Assembly: GCA_963785305.1 (NCBI GenBank)
Contig: CAWAUV010000008.1
Coordinates: forward strand, 1,280,001-1,344,000
Length of the DNA stretch: 64,000 nucleotides
Direction of reading: 5' to 3'
Origin: an uncultured Planctomycetaceae bacterium
GTDB lineage: Bacteria; Planctomycetota; Planctomycetia; Pirellulales; PALSA-1355
In this document: piece after piece, positions 42,888-55,139 of the stretch
Numbering within the stretch: position 1 is the stretch's first letter
Layout: each line of letters begins with the position of its first letter
Translations under genes and position numbers: made by a program
Notes under the pieces: model-generated
Databases searched by the model: none
The model's input: only the letters and a program-made list of their open reading frames with translations
Told to the model about the DNA's origin: nothing

Positions 42888-43136
42888 TCCGGCATTTAGC
42901 CGCACATCTTTTGCCGAGACGATCGGCGGTCGCGCGGTGGCCTCGCTCCGGCGGTGAATCGAAGTTCACTTCCCGGTTCGCGATTCGCGGTGAGAGCGGG
43001 GGGCTGGGGGCGAGATCGGGTGGCGGGCGTTCGATCGTGCAAGGCTGGTGTCGGATCGGGCTTCGTCCCGGGGGGCGACGGCTCGGCGCGGCCCGACGGG
43101 GCTCGGCCCGCGAAGCCGGTTTTTTGGGACTTTTTT

Positions 43137-44853
43137 GGGACCAGTTCAGCTTATGCGGCGGTGGCGAGGGGGGTGGAGCGGCGGTGGAAGGGGTGGCCGG
43201 GGCGTTGCGAGAGGTAGTCCTTGAGCCGGCCGTCGTCGCTGAGGGCGGCGGCGCGGAGCTGCAAGATCGCTTCCGCTCCGTCGGGATCGTCCCAGAACAT
43301 TTCGGTCCCTTTCACGCGCAGGTTCATCTGTTTGATCAGCGACTCCATCGGCGCGCTGGTGACCGGCAGGCCCAGGCGGCGATAGCTGGGATAGTCCATC
43401 CGCTGGCGATTGTTCGTCAAGTACCGCACGGCGTCGACGAGCGCTTTCTCCGCGTCACTGGGTTTCGTATCTTCCCAGTCGATGCCCCGGGCGAGGCAGG
43501 CTTGCTTGATCTCGTCGATCACGTGATCGACCTGGCCTTGCCAGCACCAGGTGACGAACTTTAGATAGAGCGACCAACCCTCCGCATCGTTGGCGGCCAG
43601 CGCCAGCGCCGCGCGGTAAACGTATTGAATCGCATGAATGAAGTCGAGGACGGGCGTGAACGTCGGAAAATGTTTTTTCCAGATCGACCAGTTCCAGTTC
43701 AGGCCATCACCGAGGAAGACCCGTAAAGGGGAATCGTAGAACCGGCGCCGCTGGGCTTCGCGCCGCATCAGCGGGCCGAAATCCTCCGAGCAGGACATAC
43801 TGCTCAGCGCCGTGCGCAGCACGCGCCGCGGGCCTTCGTACTTCACGCGGCGGGGTTTCTCGGCGGCGGATTCTTCGCCGGGTGAATCGAGGCGGGGAAC
43901 CGCTTTTTCCGCGATATTCGCCACTTTTTTCGCGATGCGAAAGGAAGTCGGCAACTCGGGGCAAGCGTCTTCGTCCGCGACATGCCGCGGGTTGAGAGAC
44001 ATTCGCTCGAACGAAGCGTTCTTCGTTTCGCGCCAGCCTTTCTCGCCCGACGGCACGACGCCGCGTCCCCGGCCCGGCTCGCGCGTGCGAATGCGGCCGC
44101 CGTCGCAAGAGACCACCGCCGCTTCCGGCACGACGACTTCCTTGACGACTTTTTTATTGTCGCTGGGCGCCGGCAGTGCCTTCCCGTCGGCCAGTTCCTG
44201 GCCCACCTGTTTCACCAAACGCCGAATCGTGCTGCAGGGAACTTTGTGTCCCAGCACTTGCTCGGTGGTCACTTCCGCGCGCTTGAACGAACGGACTTCC
44301 GCGGCTAGGCAGACCACGGCTCGCGTCAACTCGGGCGTGACCTCGCGGCTATCGAGTCCCAACGTCAACCGCTGAGGGAAAAAAAGACCGCCGGCAGCGG
44401 TCGCAGTAAGCGGTCGTCTCGGTCACCTCGACCCGGCCATCCAGGCTGGTGACCGGCCTCGTTGCGGTTTGCACGCGGCACGACGCTCCGCAGGTGGGGC
44501 AGTTCGCTTCCGTCGGGCAGCTCGCGGCGACTTCACGCATCGCTCGCTCTTGGGCTTCACGGCTCAACTCGCGGCCGAGCGTGATAGCATACCGCTCGAT
44601 GACGCTATAGTGCGGCGTGCCGAGGAACGCCCCCTGCTCGACCATCTCCTCGATTCCCAGTTCGGCCAGTTCCCGCAAAAGTTCCTTCCTCCTGGCCTCG
44701 CGGGCCTGCATCGCGGCGTCCATGCCTAGCGCTCCTTAAGCAAGTTTCGTTCACCGATCAAATCCACCTCGCCCAGCTTACCACACAAACCCCGAATTCT
44801 CCTATTGACGTTTCCACATCCACCCCCCAACCCGCAAAAGCTGAACTGGTCCC
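43137..44853 (-). mobile_element. ISKra4/ISLre2-type IS, 1717 bp, two ORFs (44349-44723, 43151-44368)
   Basis: 16-bp TIR GGGACCAGTTCAGCTT; 9-bp TSD GACTTTTTT; motifs SCDGG, FLGDGLNWNW, LDFIHA, RMDY...GLPVTSAPMES. Confidence 0.92.
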
Positions 44854-44953
44854 GACTTTTTTCGTTGCTTTAGACGGCTCTTGCGATCGCGGGGGCGAAT
44901 TCCTATACTCACTGGCTTATCGGTTAAGCGATTCGAGAGAGGAATTGACCGCC

Positions 44954-45199
44954 ATGACGATGGACAAGAGTTTGCAGATTCGCCGCGGGATGGCCCGCAG
45001 CCGCAGTGTATTGTCGCGCGCCGAGCGATTGTCGCGTTTGCAAGCCGCCGATCGGTGGAAAGAGGGCGATAGCCCTTTTGGCCTGCCGAAAGTGCGCGTC
45101 TATAAGCTGAGCATGAAGAAGAAGAAAAAGAAGAAGGAAGAAGAGGGCGAGGAAGGCGACAAGAAGGCCGCCGAAAAGAAGCCGGCCGGCAAGAAATAG
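44954..45199 (+). CDS. PVC-superphylum small basic protein (TIGR04137-like)
   Basis: MDKSL...RSVLSRAERL...GLPKVRV plus poly-Lys tail. Confidence 0.88.
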   Translation: MTMDKSLQIRRGMARSRSVLSRAERLSRLQAADRWKEGDSPFGLPKVRVYKLSMKKKKKKKEEEGEEGDKKAAEKKPAGKK

Positions 45200-45617
45200 C
45201 CGCGTTTTCTCGCCGCCCACTCCCCCCGGGCAGCGAGCCATGCAACGCGTGTGCGAGCCGCGCTCGCGCTTGCCGGAAGCCGTCTTCGCCGCGCCGCTTC
45301 AGCGATGCTTCCCTTCGGGAGTCGGCGGGGAAGGCAAATGGTCGACGCGGCGAGTTGTTCGCAAGCGAGTCGCAAGACGCTCCGAGGCGATGTTCGCCGT
45401 CGTTCGTTTGCCGCTTGCTCGGCCGGTGTTCGAGTGCGATTGCTCGATCCTTCGCCGCGCGAAGCGGATCGGCCCGGTCACTGTTCTTTCTCACAAGTTT
45501 TCTAGGTCCCCCGGCGGACCCCAAGCGATCGCGGCGCCATGAACCTTGCCGATGCCGATCGCGCGGAATTTTCATTGTTTCCATCGAGTCTGGTTCGTTC
45601 GAAAGGAACCCCCTGGT

Positions 45618-48358
45618 ATGTCGAAAACTGAAAAATACGTCTATTCCTTCGGACCTTCCGGCTCGGACGGCGACGCGTCGATGCGGGCCCTGCTTGGAGG
45701 CAAGGGCGCCAACCTCGCCGAAATGACCAATCTCGGCCTGCCGGTGCCCGCCGGCTTCACCATCGGCACGAATGTCTGCACTTATTACTATGCCCATGAA
45801 AAGAGCTATCCGCCCGAACTTCGCAAGGCGGTCGACGAGGCGATCACCAAGGTCGAAGCCGCGATGGGCGCCAAGTTCGGCTCCAACGAAAACCCGCTCT
45901 TGCTCTCCTGCCGCTCGGGCGCCCGCGACTCGATGCCGGGCATGATGGACACGGTGCTCAATATCGGTCTCAACGACAAGACCGTGGCCGCCTTGGCCAA
46001 GGCGTCGGGCAACGAACGCTTCGCCTGGGACAGCTATCGCCGCTTCGTGCAGATGTACGGCGACGTGGTGCTCGATATGAAGCCGAAGACCAAGCACGAC
46101 CACGATCCGTTCGAGGAACTGCTCGACGCCAAAAAGCACGAAGCGGGCGTCACCCACGACTACGAGCTCACGCCCGCGCGGCTCAAGGAGCTGGTCGGCG
46201 AATTCAAGACCGCGATCAAGAAGCAAACCGGCAAGGATTTTCCCGACAACCCGATGGATCAGGTCTGGGGCGCCATCTCGGCGGTGTTCGGCTCGTGGAT
46301 GAACGACCGGGCCGTCGTCTATCGCCAGCAGTATGGCATTCCGCATGAATGGGGCACCGCCGTCAATGTGCAAGCGATGGTGTTCGGCAACCTGGGCGAC
46401 GATTGCGCCACCGGCGTGGCCATGACGCGCGACGTGGCCCTGGGCGAACCGGGCCTCAATGGCGATTATCTCATCAATGCCCAGGGCGAAGACGTGGTGG
46501 CCGGCATCCGCACTCCCAAGCGGATCGAGGAAACGCTCGAGAAGGAAATGCCTGTTTCCCACAAGGAGCTGGTCGAGATCGGCAAGAAGCTCGAAAAGCA
46601 TTATCGCGACGTGCAGGATGTCGAGTTCACCGTGCAGCGCGGCAAGGTGTGGATGCTCCAAACCCGCAATGCCAAACGCACCGGATTCGCCGCCGTGCGC
46701 ATCGCCGTGGACATGGTCAACGAGGGACTGATCGAGAAAGACGACGCGCTCGACCAGCAAGCGCATTCCGGCCGACGACCTGAATCAATTGCTCCGCCCG
46801 CTGTTCGACCCCGACGCCAAGAAAGAAGCGATCAAGGACGGCCGCTTCCTGGCCAAGGGCATCAACGCCGGCCCTGGCGCCGCCAGCGGACGCATCTGCT
46901 TCCACGCTTCCGACGCCGAGGAACTCTGGCTCAAGGACAACAAAGTGCGGCTGATGCTTGTCCGCCGCGAGACCAGCCCGGAAGACCTGCGCGGCATGAA
47001 GATCGCCGAAGGCATCCTCACCGCGTTTGGCGGCGCGAGCTCGCATGCGGCCCTCGTCAGCCGGCAGATGGGCAAGGCGTGCATCGTCGGCTGCGGCTCG
47101 CTCAACATCGACTACCACGCCGGCACGATGACCGTCAAAGGCAAGACGCTCAAGGCCGGCGACTGGATCTCGATCGACGGCTCGACCGGCGAAGTCTTCG
47201 AGGGCCAGGTCAAAACCGTGCCCAGCGAAATCTATCAGGTGCTCATCTCGAAAACGATGAAGCCCGAGGAGTCGGGAACCTATCGCCGCTACGAGCAACT
47301 AATGGGCTGGGTCGACGAGGCCCGCAAGCTGCGCGTGCGCACCAATGCCGACGAGCCGAAGCAAGCGATCGAGGCGATCGCGTTCGGCGCCGAAGGCATC
47401 GGCCTTTGCCGCACCGAGCACATGTTCTTCGAGCACATCGACGACTTCCGCGAGATGATTCTCGCCACGACGCTCGAGGGCCGCGAAAAGGCGCTCGCCA
47501 AGCTCCTGCCGCACCAGCGGAAGGATTTCGATGGCCTGTTCCGCGCCATGCAAGGCCGGCCGGTGACGATCCGCTTGCTCGATCCGCCGTTGCACGAGTT
47601 CCTGCCGCATGCCGAGGCCGAGCAAAAGGCGCTCGCCGCCAAGATCGGCGTGACGCCGGAATCGATCACCCGCCGCGTGCATGAATTGCACGAATTCAAC
47701 CCGATGCTCGGCCACCGCGGCTGCCGCTTGGGCATCGTGCTATCCCGAAATCACGCGGATGCAGGCTCGGGCCATTATCGAGGCGGCGTGCGATGTGAAG
47801 AAGAGCGGCGTCGATGTGTTGCCCGAAGTGATGATTCCGCTGGCCGGCTTCGCGTCGGAGTTCCGGAATCAGGAAAAGATCGTGCGCGAGACGGCCGACA
47901 AGGTATTCGCCGAAAAAGGCATCACGGTGAAGTATCTGGTCGGCACGATGATCGAACTGCCGCGCGCCGCCGTCGTGGCCGATCAGATCGCCGAGCACGC
48001 CGAGTTCTTCAGCTTCGGCACCAACGATCTGACCCAAACCACGCTCGGCATGAGCCGCGACGACTACGCCGGCTATATCAACTACTATCGCGAGCACGAC
48101 ATCGTGCCGAACGATCCCTTCCAGACGATCGATCAGCAGGGCGTGGGCGAGCTGATGAAACTGGGCGTGGCGGGTGGCAAGAAGAGCCGGCCCGACATCA
48201 AGCTCGGCATCTGCGGCGAACACGGCGGCGATCCGGCCAGCGTGGTGTTCTGCCATAAGATCGGGCTGAACTACGTGAGCTGCTCGCCGTTCCGAGTGCC
48301 CATCGCGCGGCTTGCCGCGGCCCAAGCGGCCGTGGAAGAGAAGCGGGCCAAGAAGTAA
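45618..48358 (+). CDS. ppdK: pyruvate, phosphate dikinase (frameshifts near 46755 and 47740)
   Basis: [69 protein letters not shown]. Confidence 0.96.
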
Positions 48359-48437
48359 GCCGACGGGCAAGCCGGTCCGGCCGATTGGGCCGCGGTTAGT
48401 AGCTCGGCGCAATTAAACGACGCTCTTGAAAAAATAG

Positions 48438-48489
48438 ACGCCGCCGCGAACCGCCCGACCTTGGGCAAGCTCGCGGCGGCGTTTTTTTT
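48438..48489 (+). terminator. intrinsic terminator between ppdK and lpxA
   Basis: Stem ACGCCGCCGCGA/TCGCGGCGGCGT followed by a T-run; A-run on the other side. Confidence 0.7.
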
Positions 48490-48520
48490 CTTGCGATTCA
48501 TGCTCGCGCGGCCCGAGGCG

Positions 48521-49378
48521 TCAACCGGCCTTGGTTTGCAGGCGATGGCCTTCTTCTTCGTCTTCGCCGGCGCGGCGGAGTTTGAGCGTGGCGCCGGGCG
48601 GCAGGCGTCGCTCTTGCACGAAGCCGCGCGTGCCCTCGGCCAGGAATTTCGGCAACTCGGCGGCCGGGCCGGCCGTGTAGCGCCGCTTGAGCTCGGCGAG
48701 CACTTCGGTCCACTTGAGGCCGCCGCGATAGACTAGCCGATACGCTTGCTTGAGCTCGAGCACTTCCTCGGCCACGAAGCCATTGCGCCGCAGGCCCACG
48801 AGATTCAGCCCCACGATGCAGCCGCTATTGCCGTCGACCATCATATAGGGCGGCACATCTTGCACCACCCGGGCGTGGCCGCCCACCATGGCCAAGCTGC
48901 CGATACGGCAGAACTGATGCACGGCCACGGCGCCGGAGACGAAGGCCCGATCGCCGACCGTGACATGGCCACCCAGGAGCACATTGTTGGCGAAGATCGC
49001 ATGGTTGCCGAGTTGGCAGTCGTGGGCGACATGAGCGCCGACCATCAGATAATTGCTATCGCCGACCGTGGTGGCGGCGTCTTCGCGCAAGGCGCGATGC
49101 AATGTGCAGTTTTCGCGAATCGTGTTGTGAGAGCCGATCACGAGTCGGCCCAGCCGCTCGGGCGGACGCGTGTGTTGCGGCAGTCCGCCCAGGATCGCGC
49201 CCTCGCCGATCGTGTTGTGACTGCCGAGCCGGGTCCCACTCTTGATGATGGCCCGGCTCGCGAGCGTGCAATGATCGCCGATCACCACATCGGGCTCGAC
49301 GATACAAAACGGACCAATCGTGACACCGCGGCCGATCGTTGCTTGGGGACTTACGACTGCCAGCGGATGAGTGTTCAC
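48521..49378 (-). CDS. lpxA: UDP-N-acetylglucosamine O-acyltransferase
   Basis: Hexapeptide repeats, HVAHDC, VHQFCRIG, VQDVPPY, GLNLVGLRR. Confidence 0.93.
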   Translation of the reverse strand: MNTHPLAVVSPQATIGRGVTIGPFCIVEPDVVIGDHCTLASRAIIKSGTRLGSHNTIGEGAILGGLPQHTRPPERLGRLVIGSHNTIRENCTLHRALREDAATTVGDSNYLMVGAHVAHDCQLGNHAIFANNVLLGGHVTVGDRAFVSGAVAVHQFCRIGSLAMVGGHARVVQDVPPYMMVDGNSGCIVGLNLVGLRRNGFVAEEVLELKQAYRLVYRGGLKWTEVLAELKRRYTAGPAAELPKFLAEGTRGFVQERRLPPGATLKLRRAGEDEEEGHRLQTKAG

Positions 49379-49705
49379 GTTGGACGTCCTTGTAAAAGAC
49401 TAGCGGACGAAGGGTCGAGGCTGCTAGCACATGCGGGATCGCGGTCCGCGGGAATGGACCGCGCTCGGAAGCTGGCGGAGCAAGCATGTTGCGCCGACCG
49501 CTTTCCTCGATATTATCGGCAGAAGCGCAAGCATCCATTCAACAATCGCCCCGGTTTTGTGGAATCGCCTCGCCGCCCAAACGCACTTTCGCGAATGCCC
49601 CCCGGGCGGCGCCGCGACTGCTGGCGCAAGCCGCGCGAATTCGAGATCCGTCACTCGCCGGGTAGCGTCGCTTGTACTCTGGCGCCCGCGCCAAGCCAAG
49701 GTCGG

Positions 49706-50365
49706 CTAGTTGTCGTTGGGGGCGCCGGGGCGCTCGATGACAGCTAGTTGCCCGACGAGTCCAGCAGCCTTCGAAAACAGGTCGCCGGTCCCGTCGGCGG
49801 TCGAGGGAGCGGTGCTGGCGATGCCGGTCAGGTTGCCGACGTGGTCGTAAGTTAAGGCTCGCGACGCGACCGTGACCGGCGTGCCCGAACCGTCTTGCGA
49901 AAACGTCTCGCCGGTGACATCGCCGTTGCTATTGGCGTTGCCGGTATCCACGAACGGCCCCTGGTCCTTTGCGGCCTTGATCGCCTGCTTCACGGTTTCG
50001 ACTTGATCGGTCGTGAGTGTGAAGTTCATCGTGGCGAGCGTGTCACGTTCCCCAGATGCAAGTTCGGGGAAGTCAGCCTCGGCTACGTCGAACATGGCGG
50101 ACTTCTCGGCCAGGGAATCGAACAAGGCTTGGACCGCCTCGCTGTTGGTTTCCAGGTCGGCGAGCAAGGCATTTAGCTTCTCAGCATCGGCGGCAGCCAT
50201 AGCACCCAAAGGGTCAAGGCTTGCCAACAGTTTGTCCCCTTCCTCCGGGGTGACATCAAGCACGAGAACTGGTAGCATTTCGTCAGGCGCAACTTCTGCC
50301 CGGAGATGCCCGTCGAGCAGCATTAAGCCCTGATCGGTTTCCCTTGCAAGCACTGCGTTAGCGAG
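49706..50365 (-). pseudogene. chimeric debris: ParB-like fragment plus YD/RHS-like fragment, 5'-truncated by IS66
   Basis: LMLLDGHLRAE...LDP (ParB-like) followed by GDVTGETF...LTYDHVGNLTGI (YD-like). Confidence 0.5.
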
Positions 50366-51537
50366 GTAACTGTTAAGCATTTCCTCTTTCCCGAAATTGG
50401 GTTTTCGGTCACATTGACTGGATCATGAATGATCGAGATCGACGGATCGCCGAGTTGGAAGCGGAAATCGCCCGGTTGCAGGCGGAGAACGGAACGCTGC
50501 GCAAGCGCGTCGAGCAACTCGAGCAGCAAGTCCAAAAGTTTTTGCAGCGGCGCAAGAAAACCCGCTCGGCCGCCAATGCGCGGCGTGGCGAACAGGATCG
50601 CCGCCGCAAGCAGTTTCGCAAACATCCGGGCAGCTTTCGTCCAGAGCCGCCGCCCGGCCCAGCGCATATCGAAATACATAGTATTCATCGAACATGACGT
50701 GCATCCGCGAGAGTGTCCGCATTGCGGCGGCCACGATCTGACCGCCACCGGCGAGTTCGAAGAGCATGAGATGGCGGAGATTCCAGAGCCCAAGCTCGAA
50801 TGGTCATCGCAATCGGGCCGTCCTCGAGCGAGCGTTGGGCACATCGTTCGCGGGCACGCTGGTCAGCGATTTTTATGCGGTCTACAACCGGCTCGACTGC
50901 CGCAAACAGCGCTGCTTGGTCCATTTGCTTCGCGAGTTGCACAAGCTGCGCGAGACGTTGCCGGCGGCGAGCGTGCGGGCCTTCATCCAGCCGTTGATCA
51001 CGCTGTTTCAAGACGCGATCCGGTTGGGCCACGAGCGCAAGTCGCTCGGCAAAAAAGCTTTCAACGCGGCCCGACACGAGATTCAAAACCGTTTCGACAC
51101 GTTGATGCTCGAGACGCGCGTGCGGCATCGCGAATGTTTGCGAATCTGGCGCCGGCTGTTCAAGCACTGCGACGAATTGTTCACCTTCCTCGACGATGCG
51201 AATGTTCCGGCCGACAACAACGGAACCGAACGCGACATCCGAAGCCTGGCGGCGGCGAGGAATGATGGCGGCACGCATCGGACGGAATGGAGCGCGGCGG
51301 CGTTCGCCCGAATCAAGAGCGTGATCGCGACCGGCGCAAAAACGGTTTGAGCTTCGCAAGGTATGGAATCGAAGTCGTGCGCACTAAATTGCAAGGCAAG
51401 ACCCTGCCGCTGCCGATCACCAATAGCAGTTAAAACATCCGCCACGCGACCCATCCCCGGAAACCCCTCGCCCGCGATCCCCGCCAATATCGCCACCGCC
51501 CCCCCACGCCCAGGCCACGCCACGGCTTAACAGTTAC
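50366..51537 (+). mobile_element. second IS66 copy with a ~383-bp internal deletion, inverted relative to 25420-26975
   Basis: Same 13-bp TIRs and near-identical sequence; junction GAATGG|TCATCGCAATC lacks the segment equivalent to 26155-26537. Confidence 0.92.
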
Positions 51538-52208
51538 CTCCCCGTGGCTCTTGTCGCCTGCTGGCATCTGGGGCGGGTGTAGCACTCTCACCCTCCATTG
51601 CGAGCACCCCGCAAGATCGACCGCTCAATTACCTTCGCGGCCTTCTGAAGCGAGTTCTCCGCGGAACTCGCCAGCGAACGACACGCAACGACAGAAGCAG
51701 CGTATCGTTCGATCTCCTCGCGAACAATGCTCGCAATAGCCTCGTGCTGCTCTGGATTCAGGGCGCCACTTTCACGGTCAACAATGGCCATATTAAAGCC
51801 TCTCCCGCCAATGCGCAAAAACAACGCCGGCGGAAACCTGTTCCGCCGTACACGTCCCACTGCCGGCTTTCCGCGAGGAGATGACCTCTGGCGTATCCGA
51901 GCCATCGGCGGATTTTCACCCGCCTCTTCAGCAATTGGCGACGGGGAAACGCTTGATGGCTATCTGATCTTATGTGACCAAAATGGCCAAGCCTGGCGCA
52001 CGATCGCTGACCCGAAGTGAGCCGCGGTGATCGCCAAGCGTCCAGTATCGGGTGGAAGTTCAGACGTCATGCCACGAAATAGGCGCGGGCATACCGTTTG
52101 CTATTCCCCCTTCCCGCGACCGGAATTCCATCCTGTTTCCACCGGTCCCATCCTCGTCGGGTACAAAATTGCGAATTCTTTTCCCCGCGTAATGGACGGC
52201 GCCCTCGC

Positions 52209-54686
52209 ATGTTCGCCTTTCGTCGCATTTGTTTCGGGTTTTGGGTTTCTTTGTTGTCGGGCGTGACTCTAGTCGGGTCCGCGCGAGTTTCGCGGGCGGG
52301 CGATTCGCTCGTCGCGGCCGAATCGCGCTCGGGCAACCCCTCGCCCATGCAAGCCCTGCGCGAAGCGCGTTTGGCGGTGCACGCCGAAATTCAGCGAATT
52401 CTTCAATCCGCCCGTCCCGCGAACCCCGATCCGCCAAGCTCCCGCCCAGCGCCCGAAAATGTCGAACGAAGCGAATCCGGGAAGACCCGCCTCGGCCTGT
52501 TGCGTTCGATCGACTCGGTGTATTTCCATCACGAGTCGCTCATCGAGCTCAAGGATCGACTCGAAGGCGATTTGAAAACCGTCGCGAGCCAGCAGGCCAA
52601 GTTCGACGAATTCGGCGTCGAGGAGCCGAAGCCCTATTCCTTCCGCTATTACGAATCGCTCCGCGATCAACAAGACAATGAAACGGTGCGGGCCGCGGCG
52701 ATCAAGGCCGACGCCAACAGCGCCAAACAATTGCTCGAAACCGCGCGGCGGGAGCTCGAGCGGGCCGTGGCGCATCGCCGCGGCGCCATCGCCGTCGGTC
52801 AGGAGCCCGAGCATTGGGACCCGGCCGCGCCGCTCGATGCTCATGGCCCCCGCGATCTCACGTCGCTACTCGAAGCCGCGCCGGCCGAATCGCTGGCCGT
52901 GATCCTGGCCCGGGCCAAATTGAGCTTGGCCGAGACCGATGTCGATGTGCAGAAGTCGCGGCTCGAAGTTTGTAAGAATCGACAAAAACTGATTCAAGAC
53001 CAGATCGATCGGGTCAAGACCGACGTTAAATTCTCGGCCGCCGACCGCGACGCCGAGCTCGAACGCCTTACCGCCCTCGAAAGCGAACTCGATAGCCAAC
53101 GTTCGCTCGCCGAGACACGATTCCATGAGCTGGAAGCCGATGATTCGGATTCGGGCGACAAACCGTCCGGCGTCGGCGCCGGGATTGGCGTGGGATCGCT
53201 CGAGCCGGCCGATCGATCGGGCGAGAGCGAAGTGTGGCGGGCGGCCCGCGAGATTTACAATGCGCACATTCTGCTCGTCGAACAACAGCGCGAGCAAATT
53301 GCCTCGATGCGGCGGCTCTGGAAGCATCGCCACGAATTCGCGGCCGGCGGCGTCGCTCCGCAAACCGCCAAACAGTGGCTCGCCGAGACCGACGAGTTCA
53401 TCGACGAATTGGCCGATTGGTCCAAGTCTTGGGATCATCGTCTGGGCGTGCTGGGTCAGACCGCAACTTTGCCCGCGCGTCGCGGCGCCGCGCCGCCAAA
53501 CGAGGAGAGCGCGAAGTGGAGTCAATATCGGCAGACGAGCTTCCAGCAGCTTCGCGCCGCTCACGACGCCGCCCGCCGCGAGGTCGCGCGGGCCGAACGC
53601 TCTTTCGGCCGCTTTCACGACGAGCTCAAAGCGATGGTCGCCAAGACCGCCAGCCCCAAGGGCCTGCTCGGCGCCATCCACGGCGCCTGGGACTGGGAAG
53701 TGCTCCACGACGAAAAAGAATCGATCACCTTCGGCAAATTGGTCGTGCTGTTGCTCTATGTGTTCGGCGGGCTCCTGCTCGCGTCGCTCGCCAGCCGGTT
53801 GGTTGGAATGGGACTGCTGCGGCGATTGCGATGGCATCATGGCCGGGCTTCGGCCTTCAAGTCGATCTTGTTCTATGGCTTGTTTTTGTTCTTCGGAGTC
53901 GTGGCGTTTCGGGCCTTGCGCATTCCGCTGGGAGCATTCGCCTTTTTGGGCGGCGCGGCGGCGATTGCCATTGGCTTCGGTAGCCAGGACATCATGAACA
54001 ATTTCATGAGCGGCATCATTCTGCTCACCGAGCAGCCGATTCGAGTGGGCGATGTGATTCTGCTCGAGGAGATCGAGGGCATGGTCACCTATATTGGGCT
54101 CCGCAGCACCCGTTTGCTCACGGAGGCGAACCATGAGATGATCGTGCCGAACAGCGCGCTGCTGGCCGACGCGGTGACGAACCTGACCCTCACCGATCAA
54201 TTCGTGCGACATGTTGTCACGATCGACGTCGACCGCAATCGTTCGGTGGCCGCAAGCAAGTTGCGCATGCTGCAACTCGTGTTTTCGCATCCCATGGTCA
54301 TCAAGTCGCCGCAGCCGGTGGTGTTGCTCACGGAAGTGGATTGCTACGCGCTGCGTTTTCAGGTTAATTTTTGGCTCGAGCATCGCAGCCTCGTGCGATG
54401 CTCGCAAGTGCGGAGCGAAATCTTGGAAATGATCACGGCCGAGTTCCCGTGCTTGGATGGCGATAGCCCGCCCGCGCCGGCGAGCGAGCCGGCCACGCGG
54501 GACTCGGCGGCGTCGCTCGATCACCAGCTTGATCGCGATTCTCACGACGTTCCCGACGATATGAACGACCACGAGCCGACGCCCAAGATTCATGTTCCCT
54601 CGATCCTTCCCAACGCGGCGCTGACCAAAAGCATCCGCCAAATGAGTCGGGCCGTGCTCAAAAAAGAGTTGAAGCAACTGCGGTGA
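52209..54686 (+). CDS. mechanosensitive channel, MscS family, with large N-terminal helical domain
   Basis: AIGFGSQDIMNNFMSGIILL, PIRVGDVI, IGLRSTRL, IVPNS. Confidence 0.9.
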   Translation: MFAFRRICFGFWVSLLSGVTLVGSARVSRAGDSLVAAESRSGNPSPMQALREARLAVHAEIQRILQSARPANPDPPSSRPAPENVERSESGKTRLGLLRSIDSVYFHHESLIELKDRLEGDLKTVASQQAKFDEFGVEEPKPYSFRYYESLRDQQDNETVRAAAIKADANSAKQLLETARRELERAVAHRRGAIAVGQEPEHWDPAAPLDAHGPRDLTSLLEAAPAESLAVILARAKLSLAETDVDVQKSRLEVCKNRQKLIQDQIDRVKTDVKFSAADRDAELERLTALESELDSQRSLAETRFHELEADDSDSGDKPSGVGAGIGVGSLEPADRSGESEVWRAAREIYNAHILLVEQQREQIASMRRLWKHRHEFAAGGVAPQTAKQWLAETDEFIDELADWSKSWDHRLGVLGQTATLPARRGAAPPNEESAKWSQYRQTSFQQLRAAHDAARREVARAERSFGRFHDELKAMVAKTASPKGLLGAIHGAWDWEVLHDEKESITFGKLVVLLLYVFGGLLLASLASRLVGMGLLRRLRWHHGRASAFKSILFYGLFLFFGVVAFRALRIPLGAFAFLGGAAAIAIGFGSQDIMNNFMSGIILLTEQPIRVGDVILLEEIEGMVTYIGLRSTRLLTEANHEMIVPNSALLADAVTNLTLTDQFVRHVVTIDVDRNRSVAASKLRMLQLVFSHPMVIKSPQPVVLLTEVDCYALRFQVNFWLEHRSLVRCSQVRSEILEMITAEFPCLDGDSPPAPASEPATRDSAASLDHQLDRDSHDVPDDMNDHEPTPKIHVPSILPNAALTKSIRQMSRAVLKKELKQLR

Positions 54687-54693
54687 GAGTCCG

Positions 54694-55092
54694 ATGCACG
54701 CGCTGAAAACCACTTCGAGAATCCTGTTGGCGGTCTTCATGACCGGCGCCGGGATCATGCACTTCGTGAAGCCGGAATTTTATGTAAAGATCGTTCCACC
54801 CTATCTGCCGTGGCACTGGGCCTTGGTGTGGGTGAGCGGGGCGTGCGAAGCGGGGCTGGGGCTCGCGCTTTTCTTTCGACCCTCGTCGCGATGGGCGGCT
54901 TGGGGGATTGTCGCTCTATTGATCGCGGTGTTTCCGGCGAACATTTATCTCTATCAGCATCAGGAGCTATTGCCCGCGCCGCCTTGGGTGCATTTGGCTC
55001 GACTGCCGCTGCAAGGCGTGTTGATGCTCTGGGCCTACTGGCACACGCTTCCCGACCGGAAGCGCGAGCCCGCGCTTGCCGAGACCCGGTGA
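54694..55092 (+). CDS. DoxX-like membrane protein
   Basis: GIMHF, IVPPYLP, SGACE, AVFPANI, RLPLQ. Confidence 0.8.
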   Translation: MHALKTTSRILLAVFMTGAGIMHFVKPEFYVKIVPPYLPWHWALVWVSGACEAGLGLALFFRPSSRWAAWGIVALLIAVFPANIYLYQHQELLPAPPWVHLARLPLQGVLMLWAYWHTLPDRKREPALAETR

Positions 55093-55139
55093 GCCGCGCC
55101 TGCGCCGAAACATTCTCGCGAATGCTCGCCGGCGGCTCG

